Of a DNA stretch of 64,000 nt, positions 12,460 to 27,000 are shown one piece after another. Position numbers and translations under genes: made by a program. The notes under the pieces were generated by a model. The model was not told the origin of the DNA. It worked only from the letters and a program-made list of their open reading frames with translations, and made no database searches. Origin of the DNA: Azolla caroliniana (Eukaryota > Plantae > Polypodiophyta); contig JBHGNT010000017.1 of NCBI GenBank assembly GCA_043228905.1, positions 1,178,001-1,242,000 on the forward strand, in the 5' to 3' direction. Each line of letters opens with the position of its first letter. Positions within the stretch are counted from its first letter, which is position 1.

Positions 12460-15300
12460 GACGATTGGTCCATGCCCTCGCTCAATCTTCCCATTCGCTT
12501 CTAGATTGTAGGCAATCGTGAGGGAGAGCTTCATGCCTAGTCGATTGAAGAGCTCCGTTGCTTCGTGTGCATCCAACTCCCCTCGATCAGCCACTATCTT
12601 TCCCACACATTCGTATTCACAGACAACCTCTTCGAGTAGAAATTTGCAAACAGTTGACGTCGTCTTATTTGCCAAGGCCCGTCTTTCCACTTGATTTGTC
12701 AGGTCTTCTCTTGCCAGTACTAAGTACTTCATTTGCCCCACTCCCATTGGCATCGAGACTAGATCCACCATCCATTTGAAGTGTATGGTGAGCGGGTATG
12801 TTGGTCGTAGCTCATCACAATGACATATGTTCGAATGTACTTGGCAAATTTCACATGTGGTCACGAAATGGAGTACATCTTTGTACATGCTTGGCTACTA
12901 GTACTTTTCCTTCAACTTTTCGAACGTCGCCCATGTTCCTCTATGACCCGCCCAAGGACTCTCGTGGAATTCGGTCATCAGTGTCACTTGCTCTTCTTTC
13001 TTCATCACCACTCGATGCGGCATTCTTGTCCTTCTTTTTGGGTGTCGCCAGAGGAATCCTCCCTTCAGGAAGTATTGGTAAGCTTTCTTCCGAATTCGTA
13101 GATCCTCCTCTTTCGTCAACGAAGCATCCGCCATCATTGTTCTTAAGAATTTGCTGATCTGTAACCACTCTCCTTCGTCCTCGTCCTCATTGAAGGCGTG
13201 GAGGGTTAGCCTGTCCTTGTCTTCCGCCGATAGTCGGGCCATCTTGAAGAAGTCGAGGGTGACGACTTCATCTTCCAAAACCATGTCACTCTCATTCTCA
13301 AATCTTGCCCTCGACAACATGTCAGCCATGGCATTCTTCTTCCCTATAATGTGGCAGATCTCTAGGTTTAAAGACTTGATATAGGCGATCCACCTTAGCA
13401 TAGCTAGATCTGGTGTCGCACATCTTGAGATCATCCCGAGGATTGGGAGACAATCTGTCTCAATTATCACTTCTGACCCGATCAGGTAGTCTTTGTCCAT
13501 CTTCATTGCAGACACAATATACCCCAGAGTTCTCGTTTGACTTGGGCATATCTTTGTTGTCGTTCTCTGAGAACCTTTGCTCTAAACCGGATGGCATACC
13601 GCGCATTATGTTCTCCTTCTTGGTTGATGACCCACCTGATTCCGGTTGGGCTCGTATCTACAGTCACATAAATCGGCTTCCCTTTGGTATAGTCGGCGTT
13701 CCTTAGTGCTGGGGCTTCAAGAAGTAGTTTCTTCAATCTTCACATCACGTTTGTATGCTCGTCACGCCATTCGAACTTCATTCTTTTCTTTAGCAATCCA
13801 TATAATGGCTCGGCCACATGAGTGTAGTGCGGAATCCAAATATGATAAAATGCGCATGCTCCAAGGAACCTTCGAACCTCCGTTTGGGTTACGCATTCTT
13901 CTTTCATGCCCTGGATCGCATTCACCTTGGATGGCAAAGGCTTCTGACCATATGCTCCACACAAGTGACCTACCACCAAGATCTCCGGTTGCCCGAATGT
14001 GGATTTTTCTCCCGAAAATGTCAAATTCACATCTTCGAGCCTTTGGAGCACCTTCTCGCAGTCTTTCATATGATCCATGACCAACTTTCTACACCCTTCC
14101 GTATCTTTCGATTTATCCTTCTCCTCATATGAACATCCTTTTATCGGAATATCATCCAAGAATGGCATCGTGATGCCCGGGATGCAATCCTTCAAGACCT
14201 TGTTCATGGCATTCACCATATGAGCCACCGAGTTCGTTGCACCTTGAGGTAAGGTACACATCCGCACAAGCCCAATTGGAGTCCTCATAGTTGTAATGTC
14301 ACGACTGTCGCCTGCTAACTGGAATTGATCATATCCAGAGTAGAGATCGCCAATGGAGTAGATAGACCGGCTTGCAAACGCTTCGGCAAATTCATCCACA
14401 CTCGGACTGATTCCAACATTCCGAATTGTCACATTGTTGACGGGTTGAAGATCTTGGATGAATCGCAATGATTCATTCTTCTTCGGCACCGTGAACCACC
14501 TATTAGAATAGGGAGCATTCGATGGTTCCAAAATTCCCATATCCACCTTCTCCTTTAGGAGCTCGATCAACTTCGGTAGGTGTGCTCTCGGAGCCGGTAT
14601 TCATTTCAAATTCCAAGGCACGTGCGGCACCGTGAAGATCACCATCGGTTCTATTGTCCTTGGATCAGCACATCCGATTTCTTGTGGGAAAAATGTGAAA
14701 TCCTTCCCATGTCTTTCGAGCATTCCACGGAACATTCGCTCCTCTTCAAGGAGGAGGAAATCCTCCTTCCCAACTTTTAGCTTTCTTTTCGTCTCTTCAG
14801 TGAAGACATGACCTGTTGCCTTTGCATCCCTTAAGCTTGGATCATTAGCGACTTCCTTCATCTTTTGCTAGCTATCTTTTGGTAGCGGAACCACAACTGG
14901 CTTGATCTTTCTATCCACCGTTTTATATTTTGTGTTGACTCCAGCTTCCTCCATGAAGATGCCTCGATGATATTCATCGATGATAGCGTACATGTTGACG
15001 GAGTTAACCAAAATCATGTGTTGATCGTGAAGATAGCTCAAGTCCACGACTTCCTCGATTTCGCCGATGGTGTCGTTAAATGAGGCCTCTTACATAATAT
15101 GAGTCACGAATTCTTCTTCTTCAATTATGTTTTCTACTTTCAGCATCTTCTCGAAGTCTTGTATCCGACGCTTGTCCATCTTGTTGGGTAGTACTAGTTT
15201 ACATGCGCCACTAGGTGTGACACATGTTGCTTCTCCTTGCAATCCACGTGCTCTACTTTCTTGTGGGGACTTGTGATTGCTCAAACTATTTGTGCCCCAT
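12460..15300 (-). pseudogene. G1 pol (RT-RNaseH-integrase), multiple stops and frameshifts
   Basis: ORF pieces 13740..14570, 13503..13736, 12898..13515 and 12442..12888 are colinear with the pol at 35502-38758. Confidence 0.9.
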
Positions 15301-15852
15301 GCTTCAATAGTCTGCTCTAAAAATCCGAGGAGTCGCCTCCAAGGTTATCTCGATTTCTTTCAGGATTAGCTCACACCGTTAGGAATTGAACAGATCTTTG
15401 GTTGTCAAGACTCTTGATCCGCGTGAAGGCTGCTCCATTATCGAACACCTTGGTCTCCATCCGGGATGATGTAATATACGGTTGTCCTAGGATGACAGGA
15501 TGTGAGCCCGATTCTTGCACGAAGAAGTGTTGATCCATCTCCGCATCCCCAATCGTGACTTTAACATTGGGACAAGATCTGTACAAGTCCTCCGTGGGCT
15601 TTGTTGCCGCTCAAATCTTCCATCCGTGATTTGTATTGATTGGCCATCTTCCTTTTTTGTAGAACTCGGTTGACATGAGGTTGATCTCCGAGCCATGGTC
15701 GATCAAGGCTACCACGGTCTCTTTCTTCTCCCCGATCTTCACCGGCATCTCCGTTGTCGCTCGTGCCCAATGAGGTCGAGTATAGTGGTTGTCGACCATT
15801 TCTTCATCGACTTCATCCCTTGCCATTGTTATGGCATTTGTTTTTGCTTTTA

Positions 15853-16406
<554 letters not shown>

Positions 16407-16483
16407 TACATGCCTCTTATCATGGAACTCCTTCGTAATGCCGAGCAATTCCCTCAAGGACAAGGTCATGTGGCTATTGAAGT

Positions 16484-17245
16484 TGTCATGAAGAAAACCA
16501 ACCATAAAGGGAATCGGGGATCAAAGCACATGAACCGGCGCGTACACATAGGCGCATAGAATTAAAATAACTTGTACATAGCTAAGAATAGGTCAATGTG
16601 ATGTAAAGATATTAGATAGAACATATTTTGGAAATTGAAGCGTATCTCTACCTGAAGGGACAGAGAATAAGGATGATGTGATGGGAGATGTGACAGTCCT
16701 CCCTCGCCGGCCTATAAAAGGCGCGAGAGAAAGACTGGTGATTATCGCGTTTTGGGGAGAAAAGGGGGGGGAGGTGATGTCAGACTGGGGACTGAGCACT
16801 GTTTCTGTGTGATCTCTGCAAGACTTTGGTCGGTTGCCTCTGCTCGCAAGGAAAGCCCGGGTGCTTCCGGCAAAGGCTCCACTGCGTAACTCGGCTTTGT
16901 GCGTGTGCGTGCGTGTGTTTGGTTGGTCATCGGCGTGCCGGTTGTAATAGCAGAAAGCTTGTAATCACTTGTTAGTCGTAATCAATTCCTCTTGGGAAGT
17001 GGTCTCCTTGTTTTATTGTGTCATTCTCTAATCTGTTGATTCCGTAACTGATCGGGCGTGCTTCTCTATCTAACTCACGCGTAGTTGTGTTCTCGTTTGA
17101 CCCGGTGAGCACGGTTCTTGCCGGCAACCAGTACTTGCCGATCCATCACTTCCGTTCTCTTCCTTCTCTACTTTCGCGCACTCCTCGGTTCAGAGCCCCC
17201 GCAATCCCGCCTTAGTTTCCTATGTGCATGTGTAACAACATGACA
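16484..17245 (+). repeat. 5' LTR of G2
   Basis: TGTCATGAAG...TGACA; repeat of 49012-49775. Confidence 0.9.
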
Positions 17246-17249
17246 TCTT

Positions 17250-17267
17250 TGGTGAACCCGACGTGAA
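17250..17267 (+). promoter_or_regulatory. PBS complementary to tRNA-Trp 3' end (TGGTGAACCCGACGTGAA)
   Basis: Identical 18-mer 4 nt after an LTR at 17250, 20925, 41281, 49780 (+) and 29647-29664, 42279-42296, 61386-61403 (-). Confidence 0.85.
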
Positions 17268-18478
17268 TCAAGGCGGAAGAGGAGTTAGAAGACGAGAGCG
17301 TCCGAACTCGACGAAGCCATGGCGGTGGCCGTTGACCGGCTAGCGAACGCTCGCGAGGGTACAAGTGCCCTCGATAGGGCCATTGAGTCGATTGTTGACA
17401 TTATAGGCCGATTCAAAGGGAAGAAGGCTACAAGTTTTTTGGAGACCTATCAGGCAGAGATGATAATGAGGAACATCCAGGAGGATAGGTGACTGAACGG
17501 ATTCCCTCAGGTGGTGACACCGGACCGAGCATGCACGCAGAGGTGCTCGAAGTGCAGGTTGGTTGCCAAACGTGGGAGGAGTTTGAAGGGCGGCTCCTCG
17601 AGAAGTACGAGTTTGATGACTCACTCTGACTGTCGAAGTGGGACTTCATGGAATGGGTTGAGACCCCTGGGAAAGGGAGGAACGCGTCGGCGCTCCTCCA
17701 TGAGTTCGAGAGACGGTTTGCTCGTCTCTCGGCGTTAGATAGGATTGTGCTCGACACGATCTGAGTCCTGTTATTCGTCAAGTCTATGGACATGCAAGAT
17801 CGAGAGCAGGTGGGTCTCCTGCTGGAGACAGATGATAGGTTGACGACTGACTAGGTTGTGGTAAAGAGAGTCCGTAGCCGTTTCAACAAGCGGCGTGAGT
17901 GGAGCGACGAGGGCTCGTCGACAACGGGACCGGTTGCTGCAAGGAAGTTTGAGGAGCTGTTGGCGGCGCAAAAGGAAGAGACTCGAGGCTGGCTTGAGTC
18001 GGGCTCGGCCCCAATCGGCGTGGTCAAGGGACCATCTGGAGGATCAGCTCTAGAGGAGTTGACACAGATGGTGTGTGATCTCCAGATCGCGCAGGCCTGG
18101 AGAGATAAAGGAGGACAACCGCGCGATCGGAAGCCTCCGACCGACCAACGATGTATGTGGTGCGACGCGATCGGACACGTTCGGAAGGAGTGTGCGGATT
18201 TTGTAGAAGCGCTTAGGAGCCATGTGGTGTACCTCTGGAATGGGTGGGGTGCACGCGAGTGAGACCCAGAAAGCCCTGTAGTTGAATATCGGGCACGACA
18301 GAAGGAAGCGGTTGATGGAAGAAGCTGCGGCGCGACACGTTGAAATCACTACTCGGCATCAGCCAAAATCCAGGTCGGGAGTGACGATGGCAGCAAAGGA
18401 GCAAAGGACTCTAGATTTTGGTCATCGGTGCTACAAGGCCTCTCTGGAGTATGATTGAGGAAGGAAGAGGTTGACCGT

Positions 18479-19273
18479 TGTCGCGGTGACCCGCAAATGT
18501 GCCGGAAGGGGCAGGACCACAGGGGTCTCGGATGAGGAAGAGATGGATGTCAAGACGCCGACTCTCTTCGGTCCAGGCGGCACCGGTTATGGCGCAAACC
18601 GAAGCGATTCCGGATGCGTACCTATAGCTCCGACTCACGCGCGCAACTCCGACTCAACACACGCCTCCTATGTATAGGAAATAGAGGGAAAGAAACGCAC
18701 CCGACACCAACAGAGACACAAATATGCACAACCTTTTATATATATATAATTACAAGAGCAAGATACAACTCTGGCTTCGAGCCGGACCAAGGTAGGTTAG
18801 GTTATAACATCAGTTCGCTGCCAAGTCGCCGATTAGGGAGCTCTGGGGATCGTCACGCCGAGCGGGGTCTTGCACAGGAGACAGGTTAGAAACCTAAACC
18901 CCTTTAGACATACGAGCTCCTAACTGAACTAAACCCTAAACAGACATGAACACTCAACCTGCACGACAACGAAGAAGAAGAAGAAGAACTAACACACCTT
19001 GGACCTACGTGGTATACCCTCCTAACTCAAAATGGGCAACCCCTTTACAAGGGACCCTCCCTTCCTTTTATAGAACAAGGAGAGGGATGCGTTACAATGT
19101 GGGATAAATCCCGATTTACATGGGATTCTCTGTCCCGACTTAAATCCTATTCGGCGCCATAAAGGCACCCCTATCACCTACACCATTTGTACAAGGGTGA
19201 GTGCACATGCTCCACCCCGCCGATTCTTCTCATATTCCCTGGTTTCTCACCATGGCCCGGAATCTTCACGACA
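18479..19273 (-). mobile_element. Solo LTR (related to the N3 LTRs) inserted in G2 gag
   Basis: TG...CA ends; TSD CCGT/CCGC; shares GGTATACCCTCCTAACTCAAAATGGG block with about 58601 and 62215. Confidence 0.88.
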
Positions 19274-19597
19274 CCGCGTGGAGAAGCGGATCCAGGAGGT
19301 TACCGGGTGGGACAATCCGATTGAGGAGAAGACCGGTTTCGTGGAAGCCGCGTGCCAAAACTACGAAGTTCTGGTGGAGGACAAGCAAGCGGGGAAGGCC
19401 GGGGAAGCCAGACCTTCGAAACGGTACAAGACGCAGAGCGGAGCGGGTAAGAACGACTCCGGTAGTTCCGGTCCGCAAGATAGAGTGAAGTAGGTTGGTT
19501 ACCGGCTGGGCACGTAGATAAAGAGGTCGACAGACTTACGAAAGGTCCTTGAAGAGCGGATCCTCGACAACAAGGTGGAGTTGTCGCTGAGGGAGGT

Positions 19598-19681
19598 TGT
19601 TACGGGATATTATATGGTCATGCCCGTAATATGTTACGAGCATGACCATATAATATCCCGTGGTGAGAATTTACCATAACA
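19598..19681. mobile_element. 84-bp hairpin micro-element
   Basis: TGTTA...TAACA ends, perfect TSD GAGGT (19593-19597, 19682-19686), internal 28-bp inverted repeat. Confidence 0.85.
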
Positions 19682-21947
19682 GAGGTGCTCAGAATCACGA
19701 AGGAGTTCCACTATTCCATCGTGGACTTAGTAAAGCGTAAATGACTCTCGATGGAGCTGGGACCGGAGAAGCTCATGGAAGTGCGGACGACGCACTTGGA
19801 GGAGGAGGCCTTGGAAGATGAGCTGGCGGAAAGCCACAATTCGAAGCTGCACTAGGCAAGAGCTACTACGGAGACGCAAGTCCGGATCGGGCACGTCCAG
19901 GAACCGGTGGTAGAATTGATAAACCATGGGTCCGAAATAAACCCGATGTCCATGGACTTCTACAAAAAGGGAAAGTTGCTGATTAACACCAGGCATGGGT
20001 GGAAAATACGTGCGATGACATGCACTATGGAGGAGCTGCACGGGGCATGCCCGAATGTGCGTGTGAAGATCGGCGATGTCGAGATAGACCAACACTTCTT
20101 CGTGCAAGAAACGTCCTCACACCCGATTATCCTCGGAGAGCCATACATCATGGCGGGCCGTATGGAGACCAAGGTGCTAGACAACGGTTTGGCGTACGCG
20201 CGCGTTGTCGTGAAGAAAACCGTCCCCAGGCGCAAACCGTGTATAATGTGTGTGAACCGGCCCTTACACGTGGGCACGTCCCTTGTCGTAAAGTAGATAG
20301 GTAGGCGCAAAGGTCAAATCCTAGGTAGCAATATTTTGTAAGGTAAATCGAGGAGTATCTCTGTCTGAAAGGACAGAGAATTAATATGATGTAAACGGGT
20401 GAAACGGTCTCCCTCCTTGAGCTATAAAGGAGAGGGAGACGAGGGAGAGAGCGGATCGCGCGCTAGAGGGAACGAAGTGCTGTCGAATGGGGACCGAGCT
20501 CTTCTTCTTTGTCGTTCTCCATAGTTTCTTTTGCGCAGGTTCTCAGGAGGCTGATTCTGCTTTGTGGAACGCCCGTGTGCTTCCGACATAATCTCCATCT
20601 TGCTCTCCTGTGTGCATGGGTGATTAGGCGTCAACATCCACCTCGCCGACCTGATCGGCTATAACCGTTCGAGTCGTCTGCATACTTACGAATACATGCC
20701 TATTCTTAAATACATACTCTAGTGTTCTGAACTCGTGTATCCTGTGTTGTTGTGCCGCATCCCCGTGCGCTTCTTTGCCTATACGTGAGTGAGCGTCTCT
20801 TTCTCTTTCTCTCTCTCTCGCTCTTTCTCTCTCTCTCTCTCTCTTTTCCTCACCTACTCCTCGGTCCAAGACCCCAGTGGTCCCGCCTTGTTCTCCACGC
20901 ACGCGCGTAAGAACGCGACATATTTGGTGAACCCGACGTGAACAGGCGGCAGAGGAGTAGAAGATGAGGGGGTCGGACCTTTCAGAAGCCATGGCTTCGA
21001 CTGTAGACCGTATAGTGAGTGCGTGTGAGGGCACCGACGCCCTTGATAGGGCTATCGAGGCGGTTGTCGGTACGATCGGCCGGTTTAGTGGGAAGGATGC
21101 CACGAGCTACTTGCCGTCCTACCGGGTTGAGATGGTAATGAGGGACATTTCGGAAGAGAGGTGTCTAGCCGGATTCCCTCGAGTGGCAATGCCGGGTATC
21201 CATACGGAAGTGCTCGAGGTACGGGCCGAGAGCTGGACCTGGGAGGAGTTCGAAGGTCGGCTCGTCGAAAGATACGGGCTTGAAGATGCGCTTCGGCTTT
21301 CGAAGCGGGACTTCATGGAGTGGGTGGAGACCCCTGACAAAGGAAGGAACGCGTCAGTGCACCTTCGGGAGTTTGAGGAACGCTTCGCGCTGTCGTGCCT
21401 TTCGGCTCCGGATCGTTGCGTGAGTCGGGTGGGAACCGCTGGGGTTTTGGACTAGGAAGAGGAGAGTTTTAAGGCTAATAAGAATATAAATATGTTGTAA
21501 GAAAGAGTTATAGCAAACTCGTGAATCCCACGAGTGTATTGTATTAGATTAATCAATATGAATATAAGAATATAAACTTCGGTTGAAAGAGAATGATATA
21601 GAATTCTCGTGAATCCCACGAGTATAGTTTATTAATTGGTGTTTTTTAGAAACATATCTAGTTTCCAAATATTTTTCACACACAATTACATTGTGCTCCC
21701 CATCCTTATGTAGTGATGAGGAAGTCTTAGTAATCCATGCTTTTTCTCTAACTATAGACCCCATGCTTTTCCTATAGATAGACTATATGCTTTATCTAAA
21801 GTGATCATGCTTTTTTTTAACTTGTGCGTTTTTTATCATGCACGCTAGATGTGTATGTGTAGCTTTTTCTTTTGTTATGCGTTTTTCTAATGTTTATCCT
21901 AGCGTGAATTTACCTTTCTATGTGGGACATCTATGCTTTAACACTAA

Positions 21948-22020
21948 TGAAATGCTAGTGTAATGGTAAGACATTACATTATTAACATGGAGGTGCAAGG
22001 TTCAAATCTTGCCCTATGCA
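21948..22020 (+). promoter_or_regulatory. tRNA-like Pol III A/B-box module in the N1 3' LTR
   Basis: TAGTGTAATGG ... GCAAGGTTCAAATCTTGC. Confidence 0.6.
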
Positions 22021-22120
22021 TGTTCCATTTATTTTGCTATTTTCTTCTATTTCTTCATTTTTTTATTGAATCTAATACTATATACGTTTTTCACGTAGTG
22101 TACAAAATACACTACGACAC

Positions 22121-23917
22121 TCACCCCCTCCAAACCCGCACATCCTCCGGTATGTGCCGAAGTTGTTGGTGTTTGTTAGTCTCCTCCGTTCGGTCTCTAC
22201 CTGATTGGTTTCGTTGCCGGCTCGTAGTACCCTCGACTTCTCTTGTTATGTTGACTTTGTCTCTCCATTTGGAGCACATCCATTCTTTCCACCCGAACCA
22301 TTGTCGACATCCGATCCACCATAGTCTTCGTTCGCTTTTTGCATGGCCCGCTTGGTCCTTGTCATCCGCGGTAGTATCTTTTCTTGCCCTCTTTCTTTTC
22401 TTCATCAATCTCGACTTCTTTTCGGATTTTCGGTTTAGTCGGATTAGCTTACTTCCGATTCGGTCTCGTCGGATCGTCTTTCGTTTAGTTCGGCTTCCTT
22501 TCCGATTTGTATTCGGTCGATCCGGACTCGGTTGATCGGTTTTTACCGATTCAGTGCTCTTTCGGGTCGGTTTCTTTTCTTTTCTTTTCGTCCGGATTTG
22601 CTTTCTTTTCTTCGTTTTCACCTGCCTTGTCCGGTTCGACTTTCGGCACTTCTTTCCGTTGTTCGCTACGTAGGTCCTCCGATATGTGCTCGTTGTTCGG
22701 TCCTTGTGTGGTTGTAATGCATGCTTCTTTTCTCGCCGTAGCGCGTGCTTCTTTATTCGCCATAACACGCGTTTCTTTATTCGCCGTAGAGCGTGCTCTG
22801 TATTACGCGCTTCTCCCGTCGTAGACCCGACCTCCTCATTGTCGCACTTTCTTTTAGATTGGAATTTTGGATGGATCATTTTCCATCCGAACCGACTTCC
22901 GACTTTACCTTCCTCGCTGCCATCTCCCGTCTCTCCGGTCTCACGTTGGTTCTCGGACACAACCGCCGAAGTCTCTAGATATTGTTGGCATGAATCCTCG
23001 GTATTACCTTCTTTCGTAGTTTCACCCTTAGCATTCTTCTCGGCTATCTCTTCATCGTATTCGTCGGCTTCGACATTCGTTTTCTCTCCGCCACCTTCCG
23101 TCTCTTCGGTCTCACGTTGCCTTTCGATCGCAACCGCCGGAGTCTCTGGAATCAGTGGTGGGGAAGTCTCGATATGGCAATCCGCCATTGATTCGTCCAT
23201 AGCCACCTCCGATTCGATTTCGTCTTTTGTGGCTACCTCCTTAATCACATCCGCTTCACACTCTTTATCTGCATCAATTATGCAAACATCTATTATGCTT
23301 ACCCCTTTTTGACCCGATGTCTCGGGCACTTGTATCCCGAAATTTCCTTCTACACTTGAATTATCGGCCTTATCCTTCGCCATCGTTCTTTCACAAGACG
23401 AGTGGGTGTCTTGTTCCACTCTTTCTCCCGTGGTACCATCATGTTGTATTTCGGCCTTCATATTGGCTTCATCGTTTTTCCTCAATCGACCATCCTTCAT
23501 GGGCCATGTCGTTGTTGACGAGATTCTCAGCTTCCTTTCATCATGTCTTCGGCATACCCTTTCGACTTTGGCCCAATCCTCGGTAAGGCCGTTCGCACCG
23601 TTATCATCTTCGAGTTCGATCCCAATGTCCATCCTTTCTTTCCGATCGATCGATCTTACGAACATTAAGACTTTATCTTCTCCCACCAATCTTCGTTCCC
23701 GCTCCGAGAGTTGAGCAAAACGATGCTCGAACTCTAGGAACGCTTGCGTTGCACTTCGGTGAATCTTCTCCGACGCCACCCATTCGTCGAATTCTCGTCG
23801 ATCTCGTCCCGTCCATCTCTCATAGTCATATGCCTCCCGTAAAGCTTCTTCAAAGGACTCCCATGTCGAGTTTTGTTGTTGTATCTTGTGGATTCTCTCT
23901 TGTAGTTCGTCCGAGGC
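22121..23917 (-). CDS. N1 Gag-derived ORF, 3' part (5' part at 29406-29630, separated by copia C2)
   Basis: Homologous to family gag (FLEFEHRFAQLS, DWAKVERVC), then acidic and K/R-rich tails; in frame across TSD CACCC. Confidence 0.75.
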   Translation of the reverse strand, partial: ASDELQERIHKIQQQNSTWESFEEALREAYDYERWTGRDRREFDEWVASEKIHRSATQAFLEFEHRFAQLSERERRLVGEDKVLMFVRSIDRKERMDIGIELEDDNGANGLTEDWAKVERVCRRHDERKLRISSTTTWPMKDGRLRKNDEANMKAEIQHDGTTGERVEQDTHSSCERTMAKDKADNSSVEGNFGIQVPETSGQKGVSIIDVCIIDADKECEADVIKEVATKDEIESEVAMDESMADCHIETSPPLIPETPAVAIERQRETEETEGGGEKTNVEADEYDEEIAEKNAKGETTKEGNTEDSCQQYLETSAVVSENQRETGETGDGSEEGKVGSRFGWKMIHPKFQSKRKCDNEEVGSTTGEARNTEHALRRIKKRVLWRIKKHALRREKKHALQPHKDRTTSTYRRTYVANNGKKCRKSNRTRQVKTKKRKQIRTKRKEKKPTRKSTESVKTDQPSPDRPNTNRKGSRTKRKTIRRDRIGSKLIRLNRKSEKKSRLMKKRKRARKDTTADDKDQAGHAKSERRLWWIGCRQWFGWKEWMCSKWRDKVNITREVEGTTSRQRNQSGRDRTEETNKHQQLRHIPEDVRVWRG

Positions 23918-23922
23918 CACCC

Positions 23923-24006
23923 TGTTGTAAGCGAGGTCGTTAATGCGGAAGATCAAGAAGCATTCTGTTCTGTTCAGTACCTGCGTATGAGAGATTGTAG
24001 GTCGTT

Positions 24007-24057
<51 letters not shown>

Positions 24058-27000
24058 CACAAAAGACTTTCTTATTGCATAAACAAAGAATACAACAACC
24101 AACCTCACAAAGAGGTTACAAGGTCACTATATATAGTGACCAACTTAGGGCAACTACCCTTTATGCTAATTACATAAATGGCCAACACGGGATAGTGTGA
24201 ATACGTCCATTATACACATGTATTCGACACTCCCCCGTAATGGGCGTATACATGGGTTATCTAAGATTACAGGTATAGACTTAGGTTCTCGGACATATCA
24301 GCTTTGTTCGAGTCGGCAGGGTCCGAAGGCAGAAGACCGAGCTGGTCGGGTCGGAACAGTTGAAGCCGATCATTAAGGAACTGACGTCGGTTGTCGGGAA
24401 CCATCCTGCTCTGTGTCCGGCTCTAACCGGACTGGTTTGTCGTTACGCCCATCTGATGCCGAAGAGACCGAAAGCGGTCTGCCGAAAGACACTTGGTCAT
24501 TCCATCTGCGACATTGTCGGTTGTGGATATTTTCTCTAGACCGATTTTCCCTGAAATGACGCAGTCCCGAACGAAGTGATATCGAACGTCGATATGCTTG
24601 GAGGCGTTGTGGTGAACCGGATTTTTCGACAAGGCAACAGCACCTTGACTGTCGCTGTAGACAACTGGAGCCGAGTCATGGTCGACTTGTCGAAACGTGT
24701 GCGCCAGCCGACCAAGCCATAAGGCTTCTTTTGCTGCGTCGGACGCAGCTACATATTCTGCTTCGGTCGTTGAGGTCGCTGTGCATTCCTGAAGTTTCGA
24801 CTTCCACGAGATTGCTCCATTGCCGAATTTGAAGCAGTATCCGGTTGTTGATTTCCGACTGTCTATACAGCCGGCGAAGTCCGAGTCGGTGTAACCGACT
24901 ACGCCTGAGGTTCGGTTCGGACCGAAAAGAATGCCGTGGTCTTTTGTGCCAGCCAGATATCTGAACACATGCTTGACTGCGTTCCAATGCGATCGGCCAG
25001 GATTGTGCATAAATCTGCTAACGACTCCTACGGCATGAGAGATATCAGGCCGTGTCGCGACCATCAGGTACATAAGGGAGCCGACTGCCGGTGCATACGG
25101 TACCGACTTCATATCTTCCCCCTCCGGACCGGATGTCGGGCAGTCTCGCTGAGAGAGCCGAAGATTCATGGGGAGCGGGGTTGAAGCAGATTTGGCTGAT
25201 TGCATGTTGAAGCGTTCCAAGACACGTCCGATGTAGTCGGTCTGAGACAAAAAAAGATGTCGTTTATCGCGATGCCGACTAATCTTCATGCCGAGTATGT
25301 GTCGTGCCGGGCCGAGGTCCTTCATGGCAAACTTCAACCGCAGTTGCCGAACGAGGTCGGCAAGTTCGCCCGCGTGGCGTCCAGAAATTAGCATGTCGTC
25401 CACGTAAATGATGAGGAAGATGGGTGATCCATCTTGAGCTGTGTTGGTGAAGAGACAATGGTCCTCATCGCTTTTGGAGAAGCCGATCGATTGGATGAAG
25501 TCGTCGAACTTCTTGTACCATTGTCGTGGTGCCTGTTTGAGGCCGTATAGACTCTTCCTGAGTCGGCAGACTAGATGTTCTTGGCCGGTGGCCACGAAGC
25601 CTTTTGGCTGCTCCATATAAATTTCCTCCTCGAGATCACCATGGAGGAAGGCGGTTTTGACATCTAGCTGAATCAGCTCCAAGTTGTCGGCGGCCACTAC
25701 GCCGAGTAGAAAACGGAGGGTTGTCATTTTCACCACTGGTGAAAAAATCTCGTCGAAGTCGACGCCATATTCTTGTCGGAAGCCCTTCGCAACTAATCTG
25801 GCCTTGTACTTTGGGGTGGTCGAATCAGACGTCTCTTTTAGTCGATAAACCCACTTGCAAGGAAGAGCACGTCGGTTCCTAGGTAATTCGACCAGATCCC
25901 AAGTCTTGTTTGCCCGAATGGAGTGCATTTCCGACTCCATCGCCAGATGCCAGGTGGCTGAATCGACGGATGTCGATGCTTCTTCGTAAGACGTCGGTTC
26001 GCCGGCGTCGGTGAAGAAAATTCCAGGAGAATACCTCTCCGGAGGTTGCGACAGTCTCTCGGATCGTCGAGGCATGATTGGACTGGTCGCATCGGGTATC
26101 GTGGTCGGATGGTCCGAAAGCGGATTGTTCTGCTGTGCCGAGTCGGAGTTGTCCGAGTCGGTAGTGTAAGGTTCAGCTACCCGTGAAGCTGACCGTGTGT
26201 TGAGAGCGGGGCCTTCTTGAAGGGTCGGCACATCGGAAAAGGTTACCCTTCGGACTTCGATCGGTTTTTCGACTGATGGATTCATGGCCGACTCGTTGAA
26301 CACAACGTCCGAACTTCGAACGATTTGTCTGCGTTCGGGGTCCCAGAGTCGGTATCCCATTTCGCCGTCGGATCCATATCCAAGGAAAATGCATTTCCTG
26401 GACCGAGGTGCAAGTTTTCGGCGATCATCTTTCGGAATAAGGGCGTACGCCTCGCATCCGAAGATCCTCAGCTTGTCGTAATTCGGCTTACTGCCGATCC
26501 ATAGTTCCTGAGGAATTTGAAGTCCTAGAGGTCTACTTGGCGACATATTGATTATGTGTACTGCCGTGAGTAGAGCCTCTGCCCAGAAGCCATCCGACAG
26601 TCCGGAGTGTTGGAGCATGGAGACTAACCGTTCTTGGATTGTCCGATTCATGCGTTCGGCAATCCCGTTTTGCTCCGGACTGTATGGTGCCGTAAGTTCA
26701 CGTCGGATGCCGCGTTGTCGGCAGAATTTGACGAATTCTTCGGATTTGAACTCTCCCCCATTGTCTGTCCGAAAGCATTTCAGCTTTCGGTCGGTTTGAT
26801 TTTCCACCATAGCGAGCCAATCTGAAAAGATCGAGAAGACACGATCTTTGGTGCGAATTGGATACGCCCACACCTTTCGAGTCGAGTCGTCAATAAAAGT
26901 GACGAAGTAAGATGCACCGCCTAGAGACTGATGCGGCATTGGGCCACAGACGTCCGAATGGACTAAATCGAGAGGTCTCGTTTCTCTTGGTGCTGATGTC

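Noticed and set aside
21948-22020. Functional tRNA genes (also 30227, 42383, 42503, 42811)
   Set aside because: Acceptor and anticodon stems do not pair properly; kept only as tRNA-like promoter modules.
22121-24010. 629-aa ORF as listed
   Set aside because: The first 30 or so residues come from the copia LTR; the true 5' part lies at 29406-29630.
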